Origin: Adineta vaga
Taxonomy: Eukaryota; Animalia; Rotifera
Reading direction: 5' to 3'
Assembly: GCA_021613535.1 (NCBI GenBank)
Contig: CP075497.1
Location: forward strand, 12,772,001-12,836,000
Length of the DNA stretch: 64,000 nt
In this document: one piece after another, positions 1 to 11,722 of the stretch
Layout: the number at the start of each line of letters is the position of its first letter
Position numbering within the stretch: position 1 is the stretch's first letter
Notes under the pieces: model-generated
Database searches by the model: none
Told to the model about the DNA's origin: nothing
What the model saw: the letters and a program-made list of their open reading frames with translations, nothing else
Position numbers and translations under genes: made by a program

Positions 1-438
1 TCAACGAAAAACAAAATATTGTATAGCTAGTTGAAATTTTTGTGAGAACTGAATGCAAATAAAACGAAATATTGTTACCTGATACAGACGACGACGATTG
101 CAATGGTTTGTTGAGCTCATGTTTTGATTGAATAACACGATGACCTTCAAAAGAATACAGATACGCTAAATTAGAAGTATAAATATTACCTGCAGTTGAA
201 TTTGATTGTTGTGATTGAACGATTGCCGTCGATGAACCTAAATATAAAAACTCATATGTCAGATGCTTTATTAAATTAGATAACACTGTACATACTATCA
301 ACTGTTGAAGACGATTTTGTAACAGAAGATAATGATGAAGATTGACTTGCAGCAAGAAGACACGGAAACACACGACTAGCCATGTTAGTTGTAAAGAAAA
401 TTTTCTTTTTGGTGGTGCTAACAGATGATGAAGACATG
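1..438 (-). CDS. 5' part of a second spliced, Ser-rich gene downstream of the transposase (possible CACTA accessory ORF), running off the window
   Basis: ORF 276-461 plus short exons bounded by splice-like motifs at about 80-238; same strand as, and immediately after, the transposase. Confidence 0.35.
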
Positions 439-492
439 TTGACAAAATCTGAAAAAGTCAAATGAGTTAAACTTTAGTTTCCATCAAAATAA

Positions 493-3200
493 TTAATCAT
501 GTTCAAAATCATTTCGAATTTCTGTCAAGCAAAAGTAATCTTTAACTGGTATTGAAATGCATTTATGTCTTATTCTAGACATCGGAAGTATATCAAAGAC
601 GTTAGTTTTTGTTTGCATAGAATATAAGCGATCAATTAATACAGGAATTTGACCAGTATCAGGATCACGAATCTTGAGAATTGACGATAGACGATTAGAT
701 GGTGCAACTTCTTGATAATGTTTGACTAATACAAAATAATTACTATTAATTTCAATGAATATAATACAATCGCCATAAAGAATATGATCTTCAACATCAT
801 GTTTATACGAAATGATGTGACTAACACATTTGAACGATTTATCATACAGCACAGAATGAAATGTAATAAATGGACGTTTAAATCGTTTGTAATATTTGAC
901 CACGTGTGATCCGGAAAATGCCACAAGTTTCGAACGAAATTGATCAAGTAGAGAATTTCCGAGTAAAATCTCATCAACACCAGCTGATTCGTGAACAGGA
1001 ACTACTGATTGATCAATAATAGAAGCCATATCTGTCCAATAGCCGATCTGAGAAGCTAAATTACGTGTACCATGAGTTTTGTTTTTTGTGTAACGAATAC
1101 ATGACTCGAATGCAAATGCTGATGTAAACGACAATCCACCATGATGACGAACTTGCTCTGCCAAATGAAGATGCGCATGTAAACTATACAATTCTATTGT
1201 TGAACCATAAATGAGCGACGAAGATCGACAATAAAAATTGAGTAATTTTTCAGCTAAGTCAATTTCAGATTCATTTTCAGGCGCATGAAGAAGTTTAATT
1301 GCAGATGCATAAACCGCGAAATGAAAAAGAAATGAAGCAGGTATAATATCAATTAGAATTGGAAGACCAATATATAAAACAAATAAGCGGCCGTGTTTGG
1401 CTTTCCAATGAATCACTTCTTTTATAGAAAAGTCAAAACGAACCTTTATATCATGTGGTAAACGTTGAATTGACAATCGGCGATCAACTGATGTATCATC
1501 AAAAGTTTGTGGAAACGATTGCCACCGTTTAATAAGCATTTTAATGTGGTTCAAGCACACCAGATGCATGTAATCATATAAAACACATATTGGGTAGTAT
1601 AGAATTGAGAGTAGTGGTGAAAAGCCACGTACACCATTCACTAAAACTTCATTTTTTGTTCTTTCATTCTTCATACCAGCTAATTGAGCATCACGTAAGA
1701 ATTCATCATGTGTTCGTGGTTTATTATTATTATTTTGATCATATGGATACAGCATAGTACGAGAATGAAAGCTATACTGACCTAAAATTAAGTAAAACTA
1801 TTAGAGGCAATACTTAACGAAAGAGATTAACAAGAAAAAACTCTCAACAAATATAAACTTAAAATATAACCTTACCATGAGCCATACACCACGTACAAGC
1901 ATGATTTCCATTAAAATTGATTGTTTTAAAAAACAATGATTTTGCTGGTAGATCCGCAATAAAACCTTGAATTTGAATACAAAAATGATATTCTTGATTG
2001 TCAATTGAAATAGTTGTACCATGGTTCATAAGTGACTTGATCTGAGTAAGAACAGGTTGTAAAAAAACATCAATATCGGGTTTTTTTCGACTTGACCACA
2101 AAGCGAGTGTAATTATATTATGTTGATATTCACGAATTGGTGGAGGAATTTCTACTATCGAGGCGAATAAAGGCCAAAGATTTTGTTGAGAACTTCGAAC
2201 AAGTGGGGCACCATCGGCATGTAACATAAGGGTTAATGTTTTCTCCTAAAGAAGTACAAGAACAACATTATTTCATTTTAGGAATTAATATTGATAGTTG
2301 AACATATCAAGTCTCCAATAAACGTTACGAAGAACAAATAATTCATATTAACAAAAATAATTTATTTTTAAGGTTTGCGGTTTGTAACGATCAACAAGCT
2401 AAATATCTTTTGAAAAACGATCTATAAGTTATCTTCTCCTCGAAAATGTAGAGCAAATGTAGTCTATGAATTTCTTACTTACTTCATTCTTTTTACGATT
2501 TAAATACAAATTGGCATTCATAATATCACCAGCAGGAAACATGTTTTCATTATTCACGAGTAAATTGATATTTCTTTTCACAATAGAATGAATACTGGAT
2601 CGAACGTCCATTGTGACTATTTCAGTAAATCGATTATTAACTAAATTTCGACTAGAATATGAACAATTAGAATTAGAACATCTTCTTACACCACCAGTGG
2701 ATACAATTATATCATTGCCGCATTTTTCACAAACATATTTTGAAGCGAATGTACTTGTCCGACCAAATACTTTTAAAACACTTTTATGTGATGTTGGCAA
2801 ATGATTAGGTTGTGGTAACAATGATTTAACTAATTTTAATAATTTTGTTGTATGAAATTTATCGAGATTAATATCCATACAAAATTGCATGATAGAAATT
2901 GTCGCAGCACGAACAGTAACAGGTGCACCAGCATATAATGAAGAGGAATAATCATAATCACTCGGATTTCCATCAACAAAATCATGATCATCTGCTTCAT
3001 AATCACGTAAATCATCATCAGTTGAAGCATGTGGAGCATTTAAATCTTACAGTTGGAAGAGCAAGTTCATTTGTATCACCATCAGAATCTTCAGATGCTG
3101 ATGAAAGTAAATCAGAGAAACGAACAGCTTGTTGTCGTTTTTCACAACGACGATCTCGCTGTGAAAGTACTTTGCTAGAATAGAACTTCTGTGAGGCCAT
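493..3200 (-). mobile_element. CACTA/EnSpm-like (Transposase_21/tnp2-type) transposase, spliced, probably frameshifted near the N-terminus
   Basis: Motifs LHADGAP, WPL, DLPAKS..NFNGNHACTWC, DYMHLVCL, WKA and HAHLHLAEQVRHHGGL..SAFAFES across ORFs 493-1755, 1859-2227 and 2429-2890. They join via GT-AG introns (about 2482-2246 and 1874-1782). A CxxC..C..C zinc motif lies in 2429-2890. There is an apparent frameshift near 3045. Confidence 0.85.
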
Positions 3201-3719
3201 TACTAAAATAAAGCAAATAATAAAACAACAATTTCAGAAGTTTCTAGTAGAAACTTTCTACTTACATGTTCCGGCAATAATTGTGACAATCTTTCAAGTG
3301 TATGAGCAGATCGAATAGAATAGAGAATCTAATAATGAAAATAATTATTGAAAATACAGTCCGATCAAAAACTTAAATACTTACAATTTTCGAATAAATA
3401 ATTTCAACATGAAAATAATAAGGTTAATGATAATGAAAGATGAATTCCAACCGAACAAGTACACTACATTTCAACTGAACTCGTTTGTAGTCGTAGCCTA
3501 AATTGCAAATGAACGCTAACGGCCGGCAAAACCGTTAGAAAGTATCGTCCACCAATCAGAAATTTTACAGCGCCATCTATAAAAATTTATTCAGTCATTT
3601 AAATGACGGTTTATTACTAAAAAAGTTTGTTTTTTCTTAAAAATTTTTTTGTACAATACTCAATAAAATAATCTGATATTTTCTATAAAATAATATCATA
3701 TTTCAAATATGAGTCAATA

Positions 3720-3870
3720 TCGGTATACCGTCGGTTTTAGTAAAATTAATTTAAACCACCGGTAGACCGACGGTATACCACTGGTTTTTATGGAACCGGT
3801 GAAAACCGTCGGTGAACCGCCTTATACCGGCGGTTTTTTGCGGAACCGCGGTAAACCGCCGGTACGGAGA
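3720..3870. repeat. GC-rich cluster of short palindromic ACCGG/CGGTATACCG motifs, probable CACTA subterminal repeats
   Basis: Multiple cggtataccg / accggt / cggttttt units in otherwise AT-rich DNA, upstream of the transposase. Confidence 0.5.
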
Positions 3871-3887
3871 AAAAAATGACGACATGG

Positions 3888-4370
3888 GTATGCATCATTT
3901 TACGACATTCGGCGCGCAGTTTCTCTGCACAAATTGAATTCCCGTCCATGGAAAAGAATCTGTTCGACGCAGAATTTAATTCTGCATCGAACGGTGCTAC
4001 TTTTACTAACGGGAAAATGATCGGGACGGAGTGTACTTCGATTCTAATTTTTCTTCTATACTTACATACATAAAAGAAAAATTCGAATAAAATTTGTCCA
4101 TTCGTTTTCCCGTGAATGAAAGGAGCGCCATTCGATGCAGAATCAAATTCTGCGTCGAACAGACTCTTTTTCAAGGACGGGAATTCACTCTGTGCAGAGA
4201 AATAGCGTGCCGAATGTCGTATGATGACGCATATACACGTATAGAAGACAAATAAAGATCAAAGAAAACTTTTTTTCTATCGTTTTCCCGTGAATAAAAA
4301 TGTCACCATTTAATTCAGAATCAAATTCTTCGTCGAATAGACTCATTTTTATCGACGGGAATTCGTTTTC
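3888..4370. repeat. About 135-bp inverted repeat (3888-4020 / 4101-4236) plus a third partial direct copy (4280-4370)
   Basis: The reverse complement of 4101-4236 aligns with 3888-4020 at roughly 80% by eye. Each arm contains the dyad ttcgacgcagaa-N5-ttctgcatcgaa. Confidence 0.85.
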
Positions 4371-5255
4371 ACAAAACTCTTAGTTTCGTGGTTCTAGCTT
4401 CGTGGTGCTAGCTTCACACTGATTTTTTTCGATTAGACGAATGAGCAAACTTTGCTTATGTTAAAAAATAACATTGGACAAAATGAGTAAAAGTTGAGCT
4501 TCAAAATACTCCTTTTCAGGGTTTCAGAATGTATTTTGAAGTCGCTCAAATGTGCGCTTTTGAACGTGTAAAAACGACGTTGTCTGACGCCTACTTTATT
4601 TAGTTATGTTCTTTTATTTTGTTAATTAAAACAAGTACTGTTTTTGAATATCTATGGATCTGATCGCTTGATACTTCTAAAAAATGCATTATCCGTATTT
4701 ATTTTCCTTTCTATAACGCTCTTAAACAAACGTCTAGTCGCTAACGCACATGGTCTATTTTCTATTTTCCTTTCAATTATATGAGTGTAATGTGAGAGAT
4801 TCGCTCATCATAGTAGATCAATATACAACTGAAGATTTTAAAAATTTGCATGATCGCGTTGTTTCCAGTGTAGGTTTTATTCTCCTTTCCATCTTTTAAG
4901 GAAAAAGAATTTTGTCGGATTCGTTCTTGTAGATCATCAATTAAGTGCCTCCGAAGAAACGTCCAAAGCACGTGAAAGTCAGTCAAATCCATATTCTGCA
5001 GTATCACTCTCTAAATCAACGTCTAGCCGTTAACATGAACACCTTCAATGTTTCGTCTACTTTTGATTTATTTCTAAAACATATAAGTGAATTTCCTTTG
5101 GTCTTTTCTTCAAAAGGCACTGACTTTGTATTACTATAAAGGGTCCAGTTTCTCGATCTCAATTACCTTTTTGTCGAACTTTATACGAAATATTAGAATT
5201 CATTATTTCTTAATTAGCTAATTAATGAATAAGTAATCAAGTAAAACCGGCGTCA

Positions 5256-5700
5256 GATTCGAGTTTCGCGTCCACGAAAACCCTTCGGTCAACCCTTATG
5301 CAAAAATGTCTTTTTGTGGAAAAATGGTCCTCTGTTTAAAAAAATTGATCCGACAAAAATTTTAAAAAACAAACACCGGATTCGTGCTCCTCGACCCTGA
5401 TAACCCTTCGGTCAACCCTTGTATGATAGCATAATAATTGATAATTAGCTAATTCGCTAATTAATTAATTAATTAATTATACTTTCTAAAAGCTAACATC
5501 ATATTTTAAATCCTCGACCTCGATTATCCTTCGGTCAACCCTTACATGATGATCATCGGTTAATTTTCATGGATTTTTGTATTGCTGCAATCTGATTGGA
5601 TTAGAGAACTAAGAAATAATGATTAATTAATAATAATTAAGAGAAAAATATTTTTGAGGAAGTAACAGCGGATTTGTATTCCTCGACCTCGATTACCTCT
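5256..5700. repeat. Four spaced copies of a 42-bp motif (gattcgt..tcctcgaccy.gat.acccttcggtcaaccctt), TE-like subterminal repeats
   Basis: Copies at 5256, 5379, 5502 and 5671. The core ccttcggtcaaccctt is identical in three copies; the first three are 123 bp apart. Confidence 0.75.
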
Positions 5701-6163
5701 GATGAATCATTGTCTGATGACTCGGGGTAGGTTTTCATCGATTTATAAGCTGCTTTCACCTGATTGACTTGGACAAACAAACTTCAACGTTTTTCAACGC
5801 GCCTGTAACCCTTTCTTTCAGAAAAGGGAAAAATAAAAGTGTGCATATCCGATTAAACGCCAGTATTTTCTTTTGCTGTTCCATTGTTTTCTGTCAACTC
5901 TTTAGGAGAAGAAAAGTCAAGAAAGAAATGCATCTGCTATTGAGATGAAATGAAAGGAAAAAGATACTCGTTAAATAATCGAAAAATAGTGAAAGAGAAA
6001 TTCAGAATTTTTATGCTTATTTTTGAATTATATAACAAGTATCTTTTTCTTTCGTATTCCTCTCCATAATTAAGCTGATTATCTTAAACTTTTCTCCCAT
6101 AAGTTGCTCCGTGCAAGAATAGCCTATAGAATATTGAATACACGTTGATCATTACTAAGAAAC

Positions 6164-6211
6164 AAAGCGTGCATGGGTATTCTTCCAATTTAACCCACAC
6201 CTACCCTTCAA
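6164..6211. repeat. Inverted telomere-like hexamer motif (degenerate left arm)
   Basis: Right arm acccacacctacccttcaa (6193-6211); left arm aaagcgtgcatgggt. Confidence 0.5.
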
Positions 6212-6468
6212 TTGAACGATTTCATTTTGCTCAAATAACGAACATAGGTAGTTTCTATTTAAAAACGTTGTTGAATCCAAAGAAGTTCGTTTTAATACCA
6301 ATCTTTTGCATTTTAATGAAAATTAATATTATGACCAGACTTTGATAAAATAAAAGTATCAATTGTACTTGGATAATTTGATTGTTCTCGTTGTTGAATA
6401 ATTAATTCATTATCATATGAAAGAATAAATTGATTACAGAATATAAAATCATTCTGTCCTATGACAAC

Positions 6469-7470
6469 TCAAATAGGAATATTCTTTGATATCATTAGTA
6501 TAACAGTTGGTAAATTAGTCAATCCAACTGTTGCATTGTCACCTGTTGTACTAGTTTGTTTTGTTTCTTCATCAATTTGAATAAGATTTAAATCAGTATT
6601 GTTTAGATTATAATATAAATATTGTCATGTATTATTTAATGGATTAGTTGTGAGGTAACCTAATGGCAGTAGCGTAAATAGGGGGGGGGGGGCGCGTGGG
6701 GCGCAACACCCCCCTGCTTCGGGAAATTAGTGAGAAAAAAGCGATTTACACCCCCCTGCTCTCGAAAATTTCGTTTTTTTTGCTCGCCAAATTGACAAAA
6801 AAGGATTTACACCCCCCTGCTTTTGAAAACTCGGTTTTTTGGTCTTGAAAGTAGAGAAAAAAAAGAATTTTAGCCTTTTTACAAAAAAAGTTTTTTTAAT
6901 TTTTTGAGAACTACAAAAAAAAAGTTAAACCCCCCCTGCTTTGACACCTGACTTACGCCCCTGCCTAATGGTAAAATTTGTTGACCAAATTTTGGATGTA
7001 ATTGTACAGGATAAGGTAAAGTAATAATCGAACCTATTCTTACTGGATTCGGTACACGTAACCAACCTATTGCAATTAGATCACGAACATATTGATTGTA
7101 TGCAGATTTAGAAAGTATTTTTCATGAAATTATTGTTACTAATGAATGACGAACAAGTATTATATTTGAAAATTGAATATTATGAAATATTTCATCACGT
7201 AAATTTGTTATTAATTGAGAAATAACATTAGCATTTGAATCGATTGTAATATGATTTGCATCAGGTTTTGAACTTAAAACCAACTCCAATTCGATCGATA
7301 TTTAAACAAACAATATCACTGTTCTCGATAACATAATCAACATATGAATACTTTAATGATATATCCAATAGATTTGTAGCATCATGTATGCCTATTTCAT
7401 TTGTAAACAAATAATACTTGACTAAATATACCCATATATATATTATGGTTCATTAAACATTGGTTATCAT
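6469..7470 (-). pseudogene. Decayed alpha/beta hydrolase (fungal/actinobacterial type), interrupted by a hAT MITE
   Basis: Manual translation gives YSYVDYV..CLNIDRIGVGF/(frameshift)SSKPD..IILVRHSLVTIIS (decayed GHSLG elbow)..DLIAIGWLRVP. The frame continues across the MITE once it is removed; in-frame stops are present. Confidence 0.7.
6667..6963. mobile_element. hAT-type MITE, 297 bp
   Basis: 8-bp TSD cctaatgg at 6659-6666 and 6964-6971. TIRs cagtagcgtaa / ttacgcccctg match 9 of 11. Four internal cccccctgct repeats. Confidence 0.9.
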
Positions 7471-7644
7471 CTCAACTAAACGACTTTTCTTGTTAATATT
7501 TAAATTCGATTATTTTTCTTAATCAACGAATTCGACAATTTTATCTGAGGATGAAAAATTAATTTATCTTATTCAATATTATATTTTAATCATGAAAAGT
7601 ATATGATAGAAATAGTTTTGTTTCTTCTTTACTTTTAGCTTGAA

Positions 7645-7689
7645 TTGAGTGTATAGGTTGTGAATCACTATTCTCTCTCAAACCTTCAA
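7645..7689. repeat. Inverted telomere-like hexamer motif (degenerate)
   Basis: ttgagtgtataggttgtgaat-cact-attctctctcaaaccttcaa. Confidence 0.4.
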
Positions 7690-8699
7690 TTTGGAAGAGA
7701 TTCATCGGATAATTCTGTACCTTTTTAATACGATTGTAATGTATAAATTGCTTCTTGTTTAATTCATCCGATACCGATTGATGATACGAGGTTTGCTTTA
7801 GAATAATGGATTTTTTTCGAGAACATAGATGCGAGTTTATGAAAGATGGACAAATATCATTGCGGTTGTTTCGTGTGGATATTATCAGATTGAAGTTCTG
7901 TTCTGAAGTTTGATAGATTATTTTTACGTAAGAGTTGATATAATTCTGATAATGTGAGAAGTAAGTTATATTCAGACTTCGTAGCAGTTTATCATCAATA
8001 TATAGGAATCAATAATAAGATTTTAGAAACAGATTTTTTTTATAAGATTAAATGCGGACGTGAGTAAGCTGTCGTAATAATTTAATAATTAACGAAATTA
8101 GTACACAAACATTCATCAACTTCAATAACAATGATATGTGTTAAAATTAATAATATATCGTTGTTGAGAAACTGATTTCGAAAAGTAAAACCCAATTCTT
8201 TTGCTTTTCTTTCTTTTTGCATTGATATTTGTATAGAAATTCATCAAAATTAGCAAATGATAGTTTTTTTAAAATAATTTTATACACTGAGAATGATGTG
8301 AATTATAATAAAAACAGTCATCGATTGGAAATCATTTTCTCATAGATTATTAAAATGATTGATATCATTGACAATAGTCAGTCTCTCTAGATTACGAATA
8401 GCAAAGTTGATACATCAATAAATTTCCGGTATTCATATTTAACGCGAATACTCAAAATCTCCTTTATCATCAGTACAACTAACTCAAGTTTCTACTACAA
8501 ATATCCACAGAATTCCATAACCTACATTTTAAGTTCAGTATGTACGCCGATCAAAAAACTTGTACAGGAATTTCTCCTCCAAAATATTGAAAACCATCCT
8601 ATAGATCTTTATATAGTTATATACATATATATGTGTATGAGTATTCAAAAGACCCGCAATAAGAAGTTAAAAACATGTAATGCGTTCTTACGACCATCA

Positions 8700-8871
8700 A
8701 CAAACATGTTGCATCTAATTATTGACAAAAAATTCAAATACTTACATAAGTAAAAATCGTCTAAAAAAATTTCATTTTAAATGTAGATTTTTTTATGCTG
8801 AGATGTTTTTAGAATAACTTTACTTATGTAAGTATTTGAATTATATGTCAATAATTAAATGAAATGTTTGT
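8700..8871. mobile_element. Foldback/MITE-like element with about 65-75 bp inverted arms
   Basis: taattattgacaaaaaattcaaatacttacataagtaaaa (from 8716) pairs with ttttacttatgtaagtatttgaattatatgtcaataatta (to 8857). Confidence 0.8.
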
Positions 8872-9428
8872 AGGAGTAATTTTGATCAATCATGTTGCTA
8901 ACAAAAGACATTCTGGATGTTCACGTTAATTACGATTAGTCTATATGTCTGTCCTTATAAACAGTGTTAATCAAAATTTATATTGTCAAGTTATCATTTG
9001 AAAAATACATGAAAATTTGCCTTCCATTCTCAAGTATAATCATTCATATGTTCTCACAATGATGTTGACCAAAATAAGCATAGAAACCAGTTGTTTCTTG
9101 TTCGTATGAATGTTGTCAAGATGACGTTGATTATATAGGAGGAAGAAAAGAAATAACCTATTTTCAAAATGAATGGCAACGAATAATGTGCGACATATGT
9201 ACTTCTATTATTTCAAAACATACTAGGAGAAGAAGTGAATTCTATTAGTGAACTTTGAAAGTAAAATAAGATCCCATGAAAAAAAGCATTATCAAGCGAT
9301 TGGGTTTATTAGTAAAAGTAGTATATTTATTTTTTAACATCTATGATAAACTTAATTATTCGAATAGACTGAGAACATGGTGACCTTTGTATCAATGACT
9401 TTGTTTTTTTTGTAGAACATTTAAAAGT

Positions 9429-10418
9429 ATGCCAAAACAATCAATAAAAAGACGTTTTAATAATATTTTTCGATCGAATTTCTTGATTAGACAGAAATAT
9501 CATCGAAATGTAATTATTTGTTTCTTTATAATTGTATTAGCATATCCTTTATTACATTTAATTCAAACTGGACAATTTATAATCGATCATTATTTTGAAA
9601 CTGAAGATATTAATGATATGATTAAACTTGATATGAATGTTTGGAAAAATAATAATTCTTTTTTAACACGAAAAATTCCTCGATATATTCATCAAATATG
9701 GATTTCATCATTAGAAAATAAACAAATGGATGAACGATTTCGATTAGCATCAGAATCTTGTATAACATTACATCCAAATTATAATTATACACTTTGGACA
9801 CATAAGAAAATTTTAATTTGGTTAGAAAATGAATATCCATGGTTTTTATCCGTTTATAAAAGTTATCGATATGATATGCAAAGAATTGATGCAATGAAAT
9901 ATTTATTATTATTTCATTTTGGAGGTATTTATGTCGATTTAGATTTAAAATGTCTTACTAACGATCTTATTACAGCTATGATACCAAAAAATCAAAGAGA
10001 AAATGAACCGGATATTGTTCTTCATATAGGAACAGAAGGAATATCTGCAAATACAGATGTTATACTCGCGAAACAATATCATCCATTTTTTAAATTAGCT
10101 ATTAGTCGTTTAAAAGCAGCAAATAGATGGTTTTATTTGTATCATTTAACGATTATTCTTAGTGCTGGTCCAACATATCTCTATGGAATTTATAGAAAAT
10201 ATCCACTTAAAGCAAATTTTTATTTTATTCCAAATGATTTATTATGGGGAAAATTGTTTCATGGGGTTGGTGGTGCGACATGGTATGGAAATGATACTTT
10301 AATTATACTTTTTTTAATTCAAAATAACATTGTTCTTTGGATTATTCTATTTATTGTTATTATTTGTTTGTTTTATGTATTTCATCTTTTGAAGAATAGA
10401 AAAGAATCTATTCGATAG
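9429..10418 (+). CDS. GT32 DXD glycosyltransferase, SUR1/CSH1-like (inositol phosphoceramide mannosyltransferase-like), intronless
   Basis: IPRYIHQIW, QRIDAMKYLLLFHFGGIYVDLD (DXD), HPFF, LSAGP; N-terminal and C-terminal TM segments. Confidence 0.85.
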   Translation: MPKQSIKRRFNNIFRSNFLIRQKYHRNVIICFFIIVLAYPLLHLIQTGQFIIDHYFETEDINDMIKLDMNVWKNNNSFLTRKIPRYIHQIWISSLENKQMDERFRLASESCITLHPNYNYTLWTHKKILIWLENEYPWFLSVYKSYRYDMQRIDAMKYLLLFHFGGIYVDLDLKCLTNDLITAMIPKNQRENEPDIVLHIGTEGISANTDVILAKQYHPFFKLAISRLKAANRWFYLYHLTIILSAGPTYLYGIYRKYPLKANFYFIPNDLLWGKLFHGVGGATWYGNDTLIILFLIQNNIVLWIILFIVIICLFYVFHLLKNRKESIR

Positions 10419-11039
10419 ATCGAAATTATAATAAATTGAATTGTAACTTCAACGAAATTTCGATCTTTGAATTGACATTGAGATTTCTAATGAAACAAGA
10501 TTCTTTCGATGTCTCTCAAAAAGTATATGAAATATTAAAGAAAAAAACGTCGATAATAATTATTTAATATCATATCTTGACACATAGACAAAAAAATGAT
10601 AAGACAGATTTATGTATTTCTATATATATAAATCATTATGATGCAATCTCGATATATGGAAGATAGATTCGAATTGAATAGACTTCTTCTTCGTATTTAT
10701 CAATTTTTCTTAGGAAAAACCTTCTGTTTCTTTTTATCATAGAATTTTAATAATCAAGACATGGTATATTAGATCTAATACCAAGAATACTTATGACTGC
10801 ATTATTTTGACCTTGAGAACCGAAAAAATAATAGCATAATCACCTGATGGAATTAAGAACGACCCTTCATGCAGAAAAGGCTTGTATTTCAGAATAATAT
10901 TAATTATAAGGAACAAAAAAAGTATAGATGTAAAGAATAAGAATGAGTTACTGGTGTTCATTTAAGAAAACTCGTTTTATTGATTATTGTGTAAAATGAA
11001 TGTAATATCTTTCTTGCTTCAATAAATATCAAATGCGAA

Positions 11040-11190
11040 GTCCAACAAATTGATGATATTCAACTGTGTACACATATTTCGATCTGAAAACAAAATTACT
11101 AACCGGCCAATATTGTCCAAAATATGATAGATAATTTCCACAGATAATTCCAATAAACTTAAAGATCTCGTTTTAGACGTTGAAATAGTG
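11040..11190 (-). pseudogene. F-box-like gene fragment
   Basis: LSLLELSVEIIYHILDNI..ILFSDRNMCTQLN resembles the N-terminal F-box of bdelloid F-box/LRR proteins; no continuing CDS. Confidence 0.45.
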
Positions 11191-11722
11191 TTGCTTTCTA
11201 GGTCAAAATGAATATCTGTGGGTTTTTTCCTCTCAACAATCAATTTATCGACAGCATGATGTTGTTTTCCATCATAAACAAACAATATTTTATGTTTATC
11301 GTAAAAACAAAGATGCATTGCGACGAATAATACAACATAATCGAATATTAGTGGTAATAGTTGGTAACAACTGACGGTAAACAACAAATCTCATTATTTT
11401 CTTTTTTCTAGTTTTTATTTTGATTTCTTATGCAATTTCTCTATTACGAGTAAGGTTGTAGGTGAAAAAAGAGTATTTTCATTCATTCTCTCAGAATCAT
11501 GAAATTGATATACTTAAGTTTAATAAAGTCCGTATATCAACCCACAAACAATACTAAATAATTTTATCAAACGACTAGTTTGCAATCAATTGTTATAACT
11601 CAATATTTATTTCAGGATAGAAAGAATATTGAACAAGTAATACCCAGAAAAAGAAAAAAACCTTGTGGTTAGATTATCATCATTGTATTTTTTCATAATT
11701 ATTTTTCTTGATGAATTATTTG

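Noticed and set aside
3788-4174. 128-aa ORF with duplicated FDAE.NSASN
   Set aside because: Translation of the inverted repeat's internal dyad; TTG start; non-coding.
5256-5700. CRISPR array
   Set aside because: Few, degenerate repeats, long spacers, no cas genes, eukaryotic context.
11451-11549. Possible further telomere-like inverted motif (aaggttgtaggtga ... tcaacccacaaac)
   Set aside because: Arms are short and degenerate and about 70 nt apart; could be chance.
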